Source: Octopus bimaculoides (lineage: Eukaryota). Taken from it: 63,571 nucleotides of DNA. The stretch lies in the NCBI RefSeq assembly GCF_001194135.2, contig NC_069003.1, positions 3,284,080 through 3,347,650 of the forward strand. The letters are read 5' to 3'. Positions 15,051 to 27,490 of the stretch are shown here, in pieces. The translations under genes were made by a program, and so were the position numbers. The notes under the pieces are model-generated. The model ran no database searches, was not told where the DNA came from, and saw only the letters and a list, made by a program, of their open reading frames with translations. Position 1 is the stretch's first letter. Each line of letters starts with the position of its first letter.

Positions 15051-15728
15051 CAAACAAACACTTAGTAATAAACAACATTTCGCACCTATTATACCACTAA
15101 CTCTCCCGGGATATTAATATGTCACAAAAACAATCAAGTACAGAATATAAACACAACGCAAAAGACAGATTGCTTGTAAAAGTAAAATAAAGGCATCATA
15201 TCTAACTTTCGAAAGGATACTGATTTGCCATCCTTTTTAGCGTGTGAATCATAATGCTACCATGTTTTACACTCCATGAAAGCTGTCACTTCAAACTAAG
15301 ACTTGGTAGGCAGAAACAATATGTTTCTCTGGTTCTTCACTACATTCACATGTTTTGTATTTATGTTTTGTACACGGTTTCCTATTTTAAATTCTGATAG
15401 TTTGTATAACATTTTCCTTTATGTAATTCTTCTCTATTCTTTGTTGTAAGGTATTTTGAAGGAAGAACTTTCTTTGACATCAACTCAGCTTCTACTTCAG
15501 CAGTTTCCCCCTATCTTTTTTGTGGGGTTTTATGCATTTATCTTAACTATATTTTTTCATATTTATTTTAGATTTTTTTTTCTTACAACGGTCTGTTACT
15601 TCGGTTTCTCTTCTGCAATTGTGCTTGCTACAAAACTAGAAATGAAAATCCTTTTCCTTCTTTTTGTGTGTGTGCGTAGGTGGGTGGAGTGATGATGTTG
15701 TTCATATTTTTTAAGATTTTATATTTGT

Positions 15729-15955
15729 AGGCGAAGGAGTGACTGTGTGGTAAGTTGCTTGCTTACCAACCACATGGTTCCAGGTTCACCCTGGGCAAGT
15801 GTCTTCAACAATAGCTTCGGGTCGATCAAAGCCTTGTGAGTGAACTTCATAGACGGAAACCGAAAGAAGCCCGTCATTTTACTCGACTAAATGCGGTGCT
15901 CCAGCTTGGTCGCAGTCAAATGACTGAAGGCAAATAAAAAAAAGAATAAAAGAAT
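15729..15955 (+). mobile_element. SINE family B copy, internally deleted
   Basis: tRNA-like head ggcgaaggagtgactgtgtggtaag...ggttccaggttca; CORE-like cctgggcaagtgtctt; body gtgagtgaacttcatagacggaaac; 3' end gcggtgctccagc..gcagtcaaatgactgaa with a GAATAAAA tail. Confidence 0.9.
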
Positions 15956-16039
15956 TCCTTTTTATTATTTCTTAGATATCATGGTGATATATAATATTTA
16001 GACATTACAACTTATTTTATTAGCATTTTCTCCCTGATG

Positions 16040-16560
16040 TTTTACTATCATAATTATGGGGTGTGTCGTAGCGATAACATTTATTGTTTTTCTGTCTATC
16101 ATGTTAAATCCCTTTGCTTGCAGTCGACACCATTATAATTAACATAAAGTTTTAATAGACCAGCTAGAGTATTGATACCTCTATACTTTAATTATTTTGC
16201 ATTTGGTTACTTCTGTCTTCAATATTAATCTAACATTCCTTGCTAAACTCTCTTTCAATTTCTAAATGCTGTGCGCTGTCTAGTTCATTAATTCCTAATT
16301 ATGTTGTAGTCTGTATTTAGGATAATTCTCTTATCTCTCTTTCATTACGTAAAATGATATTACTGGGGTTCATTAATATCTTACACTTCAAAGCAAACCG
16401 TGGCAAACTTTTCTAAATCAAATTTCATATCATTTCATCTAGTGAATTTGCCTCCTGTCTGTATTATCTGTGACATTGTTTCTAGCTCTTTATGGTCTGC
16501 ATTGCACAACAATAGGTCGCATACATCTCGCCGCAGTTGCATCCGAGTGCAATTTAGTTT
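16040..16560 (-). mobile_element. R4/Dong-like reverse transcriptase fragment (late RT/thumb), decayed
   Basis: Minus strand reads, in order with stops and frameshifts: LLCNADHKELETMSQII, MKFDLEKFATV, LGINELDSAQH, RNVRLILKTE, GINTLA, MIDRKT. These are colinear with the recalled R4 motifs MxFGLEKCA, YLGIxE, RRVRLILKTELN, AINTLA and DRKTRK. Confidence 0.75.
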
Positions 16561-16632
16561 AGTATGTGGGTTAACTATGTTAACGCGGGAATAGAATAAA
16601 GTGAGAGAGAAAAATCTCATGAAATCTCCAGG

Positions 16633-16679
<47 letters not shown>

Positions 16680-16696
16680 AATGCACGTCCAATTGA

Positions 16697-16727
<31 letters not shown>

Positions 16728-16772
16728 CAGAATTTTATAATTATCATTGTTTTTTTGTTGTTGTTGTTCATT

Positions 16773-17108
<336 letters not shown>

Positions 17109-17129
17109 GTTCCTGAGTTGCATTTGGTC

Positions 17130-17400
17130 TTCCACAACAGCTCATGTACCGCATTCATGCTCTTGAATATTATGGTCTGTGAGGAATCCTCTTCTTCTCA
17201 TATTTCCACTCAAAATACTTTTCATGTCTTCGTGTTGAATTGCATTGATTTCCATTTATTTTGGTATTGGGTGAGACTAACTTGTTTGCTTAGTCTAAAA
17301 AAAATCATTACTGCTGTTCATAAGCACAACCATATTCTTTGCATTTCAGCCAAGACTTCTTGTTTAAGGCATTCTCTTATTTCGAGTGTTTCTCATATTA
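17130..17400 (-). mobile_element. R4/Dong-like pre-RT fragment, decayed
   Basis: Minus strand ETLEIRECLKQEVLAEMQRIW...KVF*VEI*EEED resembles LKQxxxAxxQRI and FWxxIW, with TGG-to-TGA decay. Manual match. Confidence 0.5.
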
Positions 17401-17559
17401 CTTTGTTTTGAAAGATTTTTTGTCTCTTCATTGATTTTGATATCTATGGTGCACTGGAAGTATCATTGCAGCATCCAAGAGAAAATTTGTGGTATTTGTT
17501 CCAATCGTTTCCAAGTCAATGTTGCCGTTCGTCTTTTCGAGATCGATAGAAATAGATAA

Positions 17560-18020
17560 TTGCAGACGATAAGATTGACAAAACCGCAAGAACTTAAGAG
17601 CAGATATTTTATAGTGCTTGTTTTCGCAGTGTCTACATCGATGTTTTGATTAAGCCGTTGGTATGTTTAACACATTGCGTCTTGAGTGCTTTCAATGGTA
17701 CCAGATCTTTTGCAAACATTCGGGGACATGATGTCTCCGTTTTGAGAATGTGACGCTCAAAAACGCATTTAAGAAACAAGATGGATGAGAAAAACACTGA
17801 AAAACTGGAAAGTGAAAGCGATGCACTCAGGGAAATTGATTGGAAAGATAAAGGCCCACACCTGGAGGTGTCTGAAGGAAAGTGATCTGAAGTGATGCAC
17901 TGAGTAATTGGTATGCAACGCCCAGGAATAAACCCTAAGAACTAATTACAGCAAGTTCCAAATAAATAATAGTAATGAATCGTCATTTTGTGAGATATAT
18001 GTCAGAAAAAAACAAAACAC
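17560..18020 (+). mobile_element. R4/Dong-like C-terminal fragment just upstream of the CCHC knuckle
   Basis: From 17782: WMRKTLKNWKVKAMHS.../TWRCLKESDLK*CTE*LVCNAQE*TLRTNYSKFQINNSNESSFCEI. This matches the recalled pattern WxxKxxHG...WxWLxxGDLKxETExxIxAAQxQxLRTNxxKxxIxxxxxxxxCRxC. Several in-frame stops. Confidence 0.8.
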
Positions 18021-19009
18021 TCTCCTCTTTTGAATTTACCAGACTTTGCGCTTGTACAAGGCGGAAATATTGATTTTATCAATAATTGGGAGATTTTTTT
18101 TGTTAGGTTTTCTTTACTTTGTTTTCCGTATCTTTCCTTTCGAATTGTTTACTTTGGTTTTACTATTCAAACGCAAGAAGATCTCAATGAGATCCCACTT
18201 TCTTTTTAACTTCTGTGACGTTTATCTTCGTGGTATTGATATTGTCGTCCGTTTCAATCAAGTGAACGGCCATTTGTGCCCATCTTATTGTTGTTGCTTT
18301 CTTATCTTTAAGATTTATCTTTTTCGCTTTATCCTTTTTATACAAGAACATCCTCTATCGATTACAGATGTTTAAATATTTTCACCTTCGTGTTATTGCT
18401 TTATTCAGAATTCACATCTTTAGAATATCTACTTTTAAACATTTTTCACATTTCATATAATTCATGTTTTCGTTTGTGTTATTCTAGTCCATCTTTTGTT
18501 AATACTCTGTAAGTGTTCTACATTGTGACTTCATTGTGTTTCTGTTATTTTATTAATTTAATTTGCTATCTATATCCTAGATTTTACATTGCGGTTCATT
18601 GCGGTATGATTTTAGTAGTATTTTAAGCATTATTGCCGCATTTTTCATTATATCACTTGTTGTTGTTATGCTTTCTGATTTTCAAATGTTTTTTTTTTTT
18701 TTTGTGTTTCTCACACCATTTCTGCTCGGAGAATGTACATTGTAAAATTACCTAAGCTCTACAAATCCAAATGTACTTTTAGATCAGTGTTGATTTCTTT
18801 ACCAATATTATACTGAAGATATTTCTAGTTATGTTTTAGAGTAGAACGTAGCTGCAAGTTATAAGTGTAGTGTAGAAGCGCATTTCTCTTGAATCCATCG
18901 TGGATCCAGTTTCTTTTGCTTGTGTGTGTGTTGGGGGGGAGGGCACATGATTAACAATACATTTCAACCATTTATTAACATTGTCATTATTAGATATTAA
19001 AAAAAATAA

Positions 19010-19262
19010 ATGTTTCCTTCTCGAGCAATGTCAGTCTCATGAGGGCCAGTTTCCCGGTTTCTGTGGCATATATATAAAGTCCCCACCTGGAAAGGACGCC
19101 GGTCAGTCATAGGATTACTCATTTTTTGCAGCTGAGTGGACTGGAGCAACATGAAAGGAAGTATTTTGCTCAAGAACACAACGCATCACCCTGTCTAGGG
19201 ATCGAAACCACAAACTTCCGACCGTGAATCCAACACCCGTAACCAATAAGACACGCGTCCTC
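19010..19262 (-). mobile_element. tRNA-derived SINE, reverse orientation
   Basis: gggatcgaaaccac is a reverse-complement B-box-like motif; the body tttcccggtttc...ttactcattttt.gc.agct.agtgga.tggagcaac is shared with 41705-41812. Confidence 0.7.
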
Positions 19263-20065
19263 ACTCATTAGATATTACAAGCGCATATATTTCTAACGAA
19301 CAGAATTATCGCACATAATAATTTTTTACTCATTTCTATACGTTCAAATGGAAATAAGAATAAAAAATGATAACATCCACACTGTATTTCTTGTTATATA
19401 CTTGTATTAGGTATTGCAGCCTAGAGAAGGTAATTCAGTTGTGCACCACTGGTGGGTTTCCTCCCTAGCGCAATTCGACCAGTAGCTTACATTTATGTTA
19501 TACATTACATACATGAGCAAAGCCGCAACAAAAGTCCTGTGATAACCACGAACATGTTTGTTGAAATATTTTCGGCATTTATTTCTCCCTTTTGTTATTT
19601 CATAGATGTTTCGGGTCGGAAATCCAGATATATATCAATCGACTTCAAATAGAACCGCAATACTTTGACGACATTACATATCAATCTTCTATGAAGCGAT
19701 TATTTTATAAGGAATTAACAGGATACGAAAGTCTGTATCTTCTGTTGTTGAAATATAAAAGACTTTAGAATTCACTGGTAAATAATGAATTTTCTATTCC
19801 CTAACAAAAGACGTTTTATAAAATATTACAGTCTTCTTTCTGAACGGTATCACAAATCCACGGGTTACATGTTTGCTTCCATTTAATCTCTCTATCTGTA
19901 TTCACATGATTAGGAATTAGTGTATGTATATACATATTCGTGTGTGCGTGTGTGTGTCTTGACATATATATATATATATACATATTTGTGTACATATATA
20001 TGTGTGTGAGTGCATTTATATATACATATATCTATCTATCTATATATATATATATATATATATAT

Positions 20066-20875
20066 NNNNNNNNNNNNNNNNNNNNNNNNNNNNNNNNNNN
20101 NNNNNNNNNNNNNNNNNNNNNNNNNNNNNNNNNNNNNNNNNNNNNNNNNNNNNNNNNNNNNNNNNNNNNNNNNNNNNNNNNNNNNNNNNNNNNNNNNNNN
20201 NNNNNNNNNNNNNNNNNNNNNNNNNNNNNNNNNNNNNNNNNNNNNNNNNNNNNNNNNNNNNNNNNNNNNNNNNNNNNNNNNNNNNNNNNNNNNNNNNNNN
20301 NNNNNNNNNNNNNNNNNNNNNNNNNNNNNNNNNNNNNNNNNNNNNNNNNNNNNNNNNNNNNNNNNNNNNNNNNNNNNNNNNNNNNNNNNNNNNNNNNNNN
20401 NNNNNNNNNNNNNNNNNNNNNNNNNNNNNNNNNNNNNNNNNNNNNNNNNNNNNNNNNNNNNNNNNNNNNNNNNNNNNNNNNNNNNNNNNNNNNNNNNNNN
20501 NNNNNNNNNNNNNNNNNNNNNNNNNNNNNNNNNNNNNNNNNNNNNNNNNNNNNNNNNNNNNNNNNNNNNNNNNNNNNNNNNNNNNNNNNNNNNNNNNNNN
20601 NNNNNNNNNNNNNNNNNNNNNNNNNNNNNNNNNNNNNNNNNNNNNNNNNNNNNNNNNNNNNNNNNNNNNNNNNNNNNNNNNNNNNNNNNNNNNNNNNNNN
20701 NNNNNNNNNNNNNNNNNNNNNNNNNNNNNNNNNNNNNNNNNNNNNNNNNNNNNNNNNNNNNNNNNNNNNNNNNNNNNNNNNNNNNNNNNNNNNNNNNNNN
20801 NNNNNNNNNNNNNNNNNNNNNNNNNNNNNNNNNNNNNNNNNNNNNNNNNNNNNNNNNNNNNNNNNNNNNNNNNNN
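20066..20875. other. Assembly gap flanked by a duplicated 231-bp segment
   Basis: N-run. Other gaps: 949-1060, 3775-3867, 5998-6020, 23888-23972, 25528-25820, 27491-28172, 33623-33632, 36872-37038, 37477-38074, 40178-40643, 41235-41244, 45507-45850, 48477-48978, 50856-50932, 52903-53730, 55483-55667, 58639-59033, 61962-62592. Confidence 0.95.
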
Positions 20876-21477
20876 GTTGTTGAAATATAAAAGACTTTAG
20901 AATTCACTGGTAAATAATGAATTTTCTATTCCCTAACAAAAGACGTTTTATAAAATATTACAGTCTTCTTTCTGAACGGTATCACAAATCCACGGGTTAC
21001 ATGTTTGCTTCCATTTAATCTCTCTATCTGTATTCACATGATTAGGAATTAGTGTATGTATATACATATTCGTGTGTGCGTGTGTGTGTCTTGACATATA
21101 TATATAGATTCACACACAAGGGTGGGAAAAAAATGGTATCATAACAAAAATAAATATAGAGAAAACCAAATAAAATAAAAATTAAAAAAAAAAAACATTA
21201 GCAACAACAATATTTTTATCGATCTGTTACGTCGAAATGATTGTTAGTGAGATTTCTCCAAGTTTCTTTATTTTTTTTTTTTCTTGTCGCTCTCTCGATC
21301 TTTCAACCTCTCTTTCACTCACTCCCTTTATGTCTTTGTTTCTCTCGCATTGCGTCACCTTCTTATTTCGCCATTTATCTACTTGTCTCTCTCCTCTGTC
21401 AATCTTTTGCCAGTTAAGCGTCTACATGTTGCCATGATTAATACTAGCACTTCACTTTCTTCCTTTATCTCTCTCTT

Positions 21478-21535
21478 TCTCTCTCCCACACACACACTCA
21501 CTCTCTCTCTCTCTCTCTCACTCGCTCTCACTCTT

Positions 21536-21617
<82 letters not shown>

Positions 21618-22241
21618 ACTCATTCTTCCCACTCATTCTCAGAGAAGCTCTCACTTCTTCTTTACTCTCTCTCTCACGCTTAACTCTCTCGATCTATTTT
21701 TCACCTAATTTCTCTGTCTCCTTCTCACATTTCCCTCTGTCTCTCTCTCCTATCTCTATCCATCTCTCCTCTCTCTCCCTCTCCTCTCTCTCGCTCTCTC
21801 TTTCACTCATTTTTCCTACTCATTCTTTGAGAAGCTCTAACTTCTTCTTAATTCTGTCTCTCCCTCTCTCTCTCCCACTTTCACTCATTCTTCTCACTCA
21901 CTCTCAGAAAAGCTCTAACTTCTCCTTCTTAATTCTCTTTCCCTCACGCTTTCTCTCCATCTCTCTTTCAACTACTTTCTCTGTCTCATTGTCTCTCTCT
22001 CTTTCACTCATTCTTCCCATTCACTCTCAGAGAAACGCTTGCTTCTTAACTCTCTCCTTCTCTCACGTTCTCTCTCTCTTTTTCTCTTTCCCACGCTCTC
22101 TCTCTCTCTCATTCTCTCTCTCTTTTTTTCTCTCTCCCACGCTCTCTCTCTCTCTCTCATTCTCTCTCTCTCACTTTTTCTCTCTCCCACGCTCACTCTC
22201 TCTCTCTCATTCTCTCTCTCTCTCTCTTTTTCTCTCTCCCA

Positions 22242-22305
<64 letters not shown>
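21478..22305. repeat. CT-rich tract with higher-order minisatellite units
   Basis: (CT)n blocks with four copies of a ~48-bp motif and four ~47-52-bp CCCACGCTC units; see findings. Confidence 0.9.
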
Positions 22306-22307
<2 letters not shown>

Positions 22308-22683
22308 CTCCCTTTACCTTTCATTCCCATTCCGTCTTCATTTTGTCATCTTTATTTATGGCACAGTTCCTGTGAAGTCAAGTCTCGCTGCAATGAATGA
22401 GCTATTTTAGCAATTGATACGAAACAAGTCTTATCGATCCAACACATTTCTTTCTCTAATTTTCCCTTGCACTCTCACTTCTCACATCTCACTCAATCTG
22501 CTTCTTTCTTTCTATTTTCTCTCACTGTCTTTCTCTCCCACTCGCTCTCTCTCTCCCTCTCTCTCTCTTTCTCTTCCTCTCTTTCTATTTCCCTTCTGTA
22601 TTAGTTATACAACCCTTTGCGGTAAAAATATGGCGTTAAAAAGAGCGAAGAGGGAAAGATTGCTCTACATGTTTAATTGTCCA

Positions 22684-22709
22684 TGTGTGTGTCCTCTGTA
22701 CGTATGTGC

Positions 22710-22750
<41 letters not shown>

Positions 22751-22847
22751 AGTGAGTATATGTGTGTGTGTGTGTCTGCGTGTGTGCGCGTGTGTGTATG
22801 TATGTGTGTGTTTGTATTTATGTACACCTATGCATCTTAATGTATTT

Positions 22848-22884
<37 letters not shown>

Positions 22885-22893
22885 CATATATAA

Positions 22894-22947
<54 letters not shown>

Positions 22948-22971
22948 TTATTTATTTATTTATTTATATAT

Positions 22972-23006
<35 letters not shown>

Positions 23007-23104
23007 TAGATAGATATATATATAGAAACGTATCTATAGATAAACATGCGCCTATATACATATATATGAATATATGTGTGTGTGTGTGTGTGTTTGTGTG
23101 CGTT

Positions 23105-23149
<45 letters not shown>

Positions 23150-23150
23150 C
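22684..23150. repeat. Compound (TG)n/(CA)n/(TA)n/(TTTA)n/(GACA)n microsatellite field
   Basis: Read directly. Confidence 0.9.
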
Positions 23151-23705
23151 AATTATTCGGTAGCCATAATTGTCACATATTTTTACAGATTAATTCCTCT
23201 ATTTACATGATATCGAGGTCTCTATCTTTTGTTTTCCTTTCTATCAATATATATATATATATACACATACATGCACATATATGTAGATATATGTATTTTT
23301 TATGGCAATTATAATTTTCTTTTTTGGTGTTACATTAGTAAACTGATGCCTAATTTAATTATTAGTATATTCATTTGTGATTCGTTAAATCGTCCATAGA
23401 TTTTTATGGAGTATACATATGTATTGGTGGCGATCTTATCAGGAATCTGGCGCGTTGTACCGACCCTACTAAATAGACTTCGATCGTAAAGCCGAAACCG
23501 TTGACGGTATAGGGATATCACGGCTGCTGATGTCAGACATTTACGGCCGCTGACTGTATGTATACGCACAAATATGTGCGTTGACTGCAGCACCAGAGCG
23601 TTTAAGCTCTTCTTTCTAGCGCTGTAGGTGTCTCTAATATGGTTTGTCATTTTTAATGCCAATAATAATTTTAACGCTTGATGTTGTGTTGCTAAACTGC
23701 TGCCT

Positions 23706-23757
<52 letters not shown>

Positions 23758-23972
23758 TCTGTCTTTGTCTTTCGTTCTCGCTGACCTTATCTCTGTCTCT
23801 TTCTCTCTCTCTCTCTCTTCTGTATATGCCTCTTTCCGTCCATCCAGCAATCTGTCCATCTCTTTGGGTCTGTGTGTGTGTATATATNNNNNNNNNNNNN
23901 NNNNNNNNNNNNNNNNNNNNNNNNNNNNNNNNNNNNNNNNNNNNNNNNNNNNNNNNNNNNNNNNNNNNNNNN

Positions 23973-24014
<42 letters not shown>

Positions 24015-24075
24015 TATGGGGGTCGGATGGATATGTATGTTTACGTATATGATTATAAATATTCATATATATAAA

Positions 24076-24117
<42 letters not shown>

Positions 24118-24551
24118 TGTGTCTTCACTGCGTGTGTGTGATGCCTGTCCGCAGCTGAATTCTAACAATGAATACACTGATTCTTAGCTTTCCTCTGATA
24201 GCACCTCCTTTGACTGAACAATCACTCAAAATGTTAGCTATTAGCATTGAATAATGAGTCGTTAATATTTAACCACGAGTCCAGTTCTTAACCTACGTTG
24301 ATCCTAAATCCGCAGCCAAATGATTCAAGCTAATGATTTTAGCAGTATTTGATGTGGCGGAGACTCATGGAGATTTTAATACCTTGAGAGATCGACACGT
24401 TGAAAAATATGCTACCACTCTCGTTGGTCTCTACTTCTACAACTTCATGTAACTTAAATGAGATTCAAACTCTTGGTCTTTTCCTATATGTATTATTACG
24501 CTATCATTATTGCTGTTATTATTTTTATTATCATCTATCACTTCTTGCCAA

Positions 24552-24810
24552 GTCAATAAGCTCTAGTCTTGTACAACCAAGAAAATGCCATCACTCTCTG
24601 CTTTTAACCCTGAGCTCCGTAGACACTGATGAGTATGTTTCTGGCCTACATCAGCTTGTTTGGCAAAGGCCACGTATTTGCCATTCAGATGTTTTTGTTC
24701 CCACCTATCAGTCAATTATTCAAACTCATTGATTTCACCTTCCATCGTACTGTTCAACCTGGGTATTATGCGTAAACTCACTAGCAAATTTTTGCTCGCC
24801 TTCATAGCAG
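24552..24810 (-). mobile_element. R4/Dong-like C-terminal fragment
   Basis: Minus strand 24709-24552 reads DRWEQKHLNGKYVAFAKQADVGQKHTHQCLRSSGLKAESDGIFLVVQD*SL, matching recalled WxxKxLHGKY...DxxxTHxWLRSxGLKxETEGxIxAxQDQSL. It covers the same region as the 17782 fragment. Confidence 0.8.
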
Positions 24811-24863
24811 AATGAGCTTTCTCTTCGTCTCTCGCGGTTTTCAACGAACTTTTGCATCCGGAA

Positions 24864-25170
24864 TCATTAGGACGTCGGGCGAAGTGCTTGGCGGCATTTC
24901 GTCCGTCGCTACGTTCAGTTCAAATTCCCGTGAGGTCTACTTTGCCCTCCATCTCTCCGAGGTCGATGAATTAAGCAGCAATGAAACACTGGGGTCGATG
25001 TAATCGATTGGTCCCCTCCCTACCGAAAATTACAGACATTGAGTTGAAGTTGCGTCGAGGTCGACTTTACCTTTCATCCTTTCAGGGCCGATAAAATAGC
25101 TACCAGTTTATAACTAGGGTCGATATAATCGACTTGCCCCCTCCCGCGAAAATTCCAAGTCTATTGCAAG
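24864..25170 (+). mobile_element. Two tandem SINE family A copies
   Basis: The core gaggtc.acttt.cc.t.catc...gg.cgat...a.tac/cag..actggggtcgat..aatcga occurs twice, at about 24864-25038 and 25039-25170. Confidence 0.8.
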
Positions 25171-25869
25171 ATTGTTAGTTCTGATTGTTGTCTAAAACTT
25201 TTGTAAATTTTCGTGCTATTTCTTCTATTAATGAACCTCGTGTATTTATCACAGATATATCGACATAAATCCCGTCATTGTTATCGTGTCGCTTTTTTTT
25301 CTTCTAAAAATAATGTCGTATTTCCGTTGTTTAAAATAGAAATACGTAAATAGATCGTTCCTTGCTCGTGAAATTCATCTTAATCTCGGAATGGTTGATA
25401 TATATATATATATGCAACTGTGAATGTGAGACAGATAAAGCAACAGAGAGGGGGACAGCGAAAGCATGATGGAATGAGAGGGAATGGTATTCAGAATGTG
25501 ATATATATATATATATATATATATATANNNNNNNNNNNNNNNNNNNNNNNNNNNNNNNNNNNNNNNNNNNNNNNNNNNNNNNNNNNNNNNNNNNNNNNNN
25601 NNNNNNNNNNNNNNNNNNNNNNNNNNNNNNNNNNNNNNNNNNNNNNNNNNNNNNNNNNNNNNNNNNNNNNNNNNNNNNNNNNNNNNNNNNNNNNNNNNNN
25701 NNNNNNNNNNNNNNNNNNNNNNNNNNNNNNNNNNNNNNNNNNNNNNNNNNNNNNNNNNNNNNNNNNNNNNNNNNNNNNNNNNNNNNNNNNNNNNNNNNNN
25801 NNNNNNNNNNNNNNNNNNNNCACATTTATTTACTCACATATAAATATATATAGAGAGAGACAGAGAGGA

Positions 25870-25871
25870 AG

Positions 25872-25941
<70 letters not shown>

Positions 25942-25965
25942 GTAGGTAGGTAGATAGATAGATTA
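25870..25965. repeat. (GATA)n microsatellite
   Basis: Read directly. Confidence 0.95.
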
Positions 25966-26125
25966 GGTACGTGATTCTGTTTCATTAGAATCTAGGCATA
26001 TCAACAAGTAGACGCCAGTGTTGGCTGGCTACCATAAAACTGAGTTTATAATTACATATCACAACCACTACGAGTTATTTCTTCATAGTATACAAAAGCT
26101 ATATATATATAAATAAATACTCTTT

Positions 26126-26168
<43 letters not shown>

Positions 26169-27455
26169 CGTTCGTGTGTTTGTGTGTGTCTGTGTGAGTT
26201 TGTGTGTTTGTGTGTTTGTGTATGTAGGTTAACTAAAATGAGACAATAAAGCGAAGGCAGACTGAAATTTCTAGGACACTTTAGCATGCAACATGTATCT
26301 ATTTTTGTTCTGATATTTGCCTGAATACTTCCTAGATCTCTCCCTTTCCAGTATAACGTCTTCTATTGAACTCTACCATTTCCTTCTATTTAACTCTCTC
26401 ATATCGTCTCTGATGATGGCATATCTTTTATATCCCTGAAACAGCTGTAAGGCTACCCTTCCTTGTATCAATATAAAATGTCCTAGAAATGTGACACTGC
26501 CTTGGCAATCCTGCTTTGGATGATGTTACTAACTTTTATTAGCTCCAAGAAGACTATTTTCCAGCTGGCTATCGCCGCTAGACTGCGTCCTTAAGCCTCG
26601 AACAAGGAAGGATATGTCCCCACTCGACCTTAAACGGTCCCTGCCGACCAATGGTTTCTGGCTTATTTCTCCTCATCGACACAGGATAACCATCGGCTAA
26701 AGATTGCAACACTAGGCTTTACTCGAGGCATATACTTTTAAAGTGACACACAGGCACTGATCTCGTAAGGAGAAAAACAAATAGATTTAAATCGCTGAGT
26801 GAGAAATAAGTAGTAACAGTACCACTGAGTAACCCTCCTTCAAAGTTTCGGGCCTTGTACCTAGAGTAGAAAAGAATATTAGATATGAATAAGATACACG
26901 TGGAAACTGGACATATTTGATAAACATTTAATGTAAATGAAGTATAAATGCTTGTCTTAAAGTAAAAAATTCAAAGAATCTGTACTCTAACCGTAACAGA
27001 CTGGAACAGACGCCAATTATCGGCTTGGAAAGTTTTGCGGATGCACAGAACGGGTGGCCTTGGCTCCCACCCGAATAATTTTCCCACACAGCATAAGTTT
27101 AGTTCGAAACATCATGTCGTACAGGTTTTGAAAGCACTCCGTATGTCGAAGACCACGTTTTCCCGTATAACAAGATGATGGCAAATAACAACTCGCAGTT
27201 TTATGAATATTTAAAAAGAAGATAGAAATATTTGATTTTCAGTTAATACGTTAAGAGCTAGGATAATCTTCCTTGCATTTATTATATGTAGTAATGGTAG
27301 TAAAAGGGTACGTGAGTACGTATCTGTAAAGTTAATCGGGTGCAAAACGTGCTCGAATATACTCATACGGACGCATTTTAGACACGTCTTTCATACACAC
27401 ACAGACACAAAGACACACATCTATCTATCGATCTATCTATCTATCTATCTATCTA

Positions 27456-27490
<35 letters not shown>

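Noticed and set aside
19940-20907. Long ORFs of 200-330 aa spanning N-runs (also at about 27.4, 37.2, 40, 45.3, 48.4, 52.8, 58.4 and 61.9 kb)
   Set aside because: They are open only because N codons are not stops; the flanks are microsatellite translations (YIYI, HTHT, CVCV).
21613-22050. CRISPR-like repeat-spacer layout
   Set aside because: Eukaryotic context, low-complexity spacers of unequal length, degenerate repeats and no cas genes.
21284-22375. 363-aa Ser/Leu-rich ORF, the longest gap-free ORF
   Set aside because: It translates a pyrimidine-only (CT)n tract, which rarely contains stop codons; no domain content.
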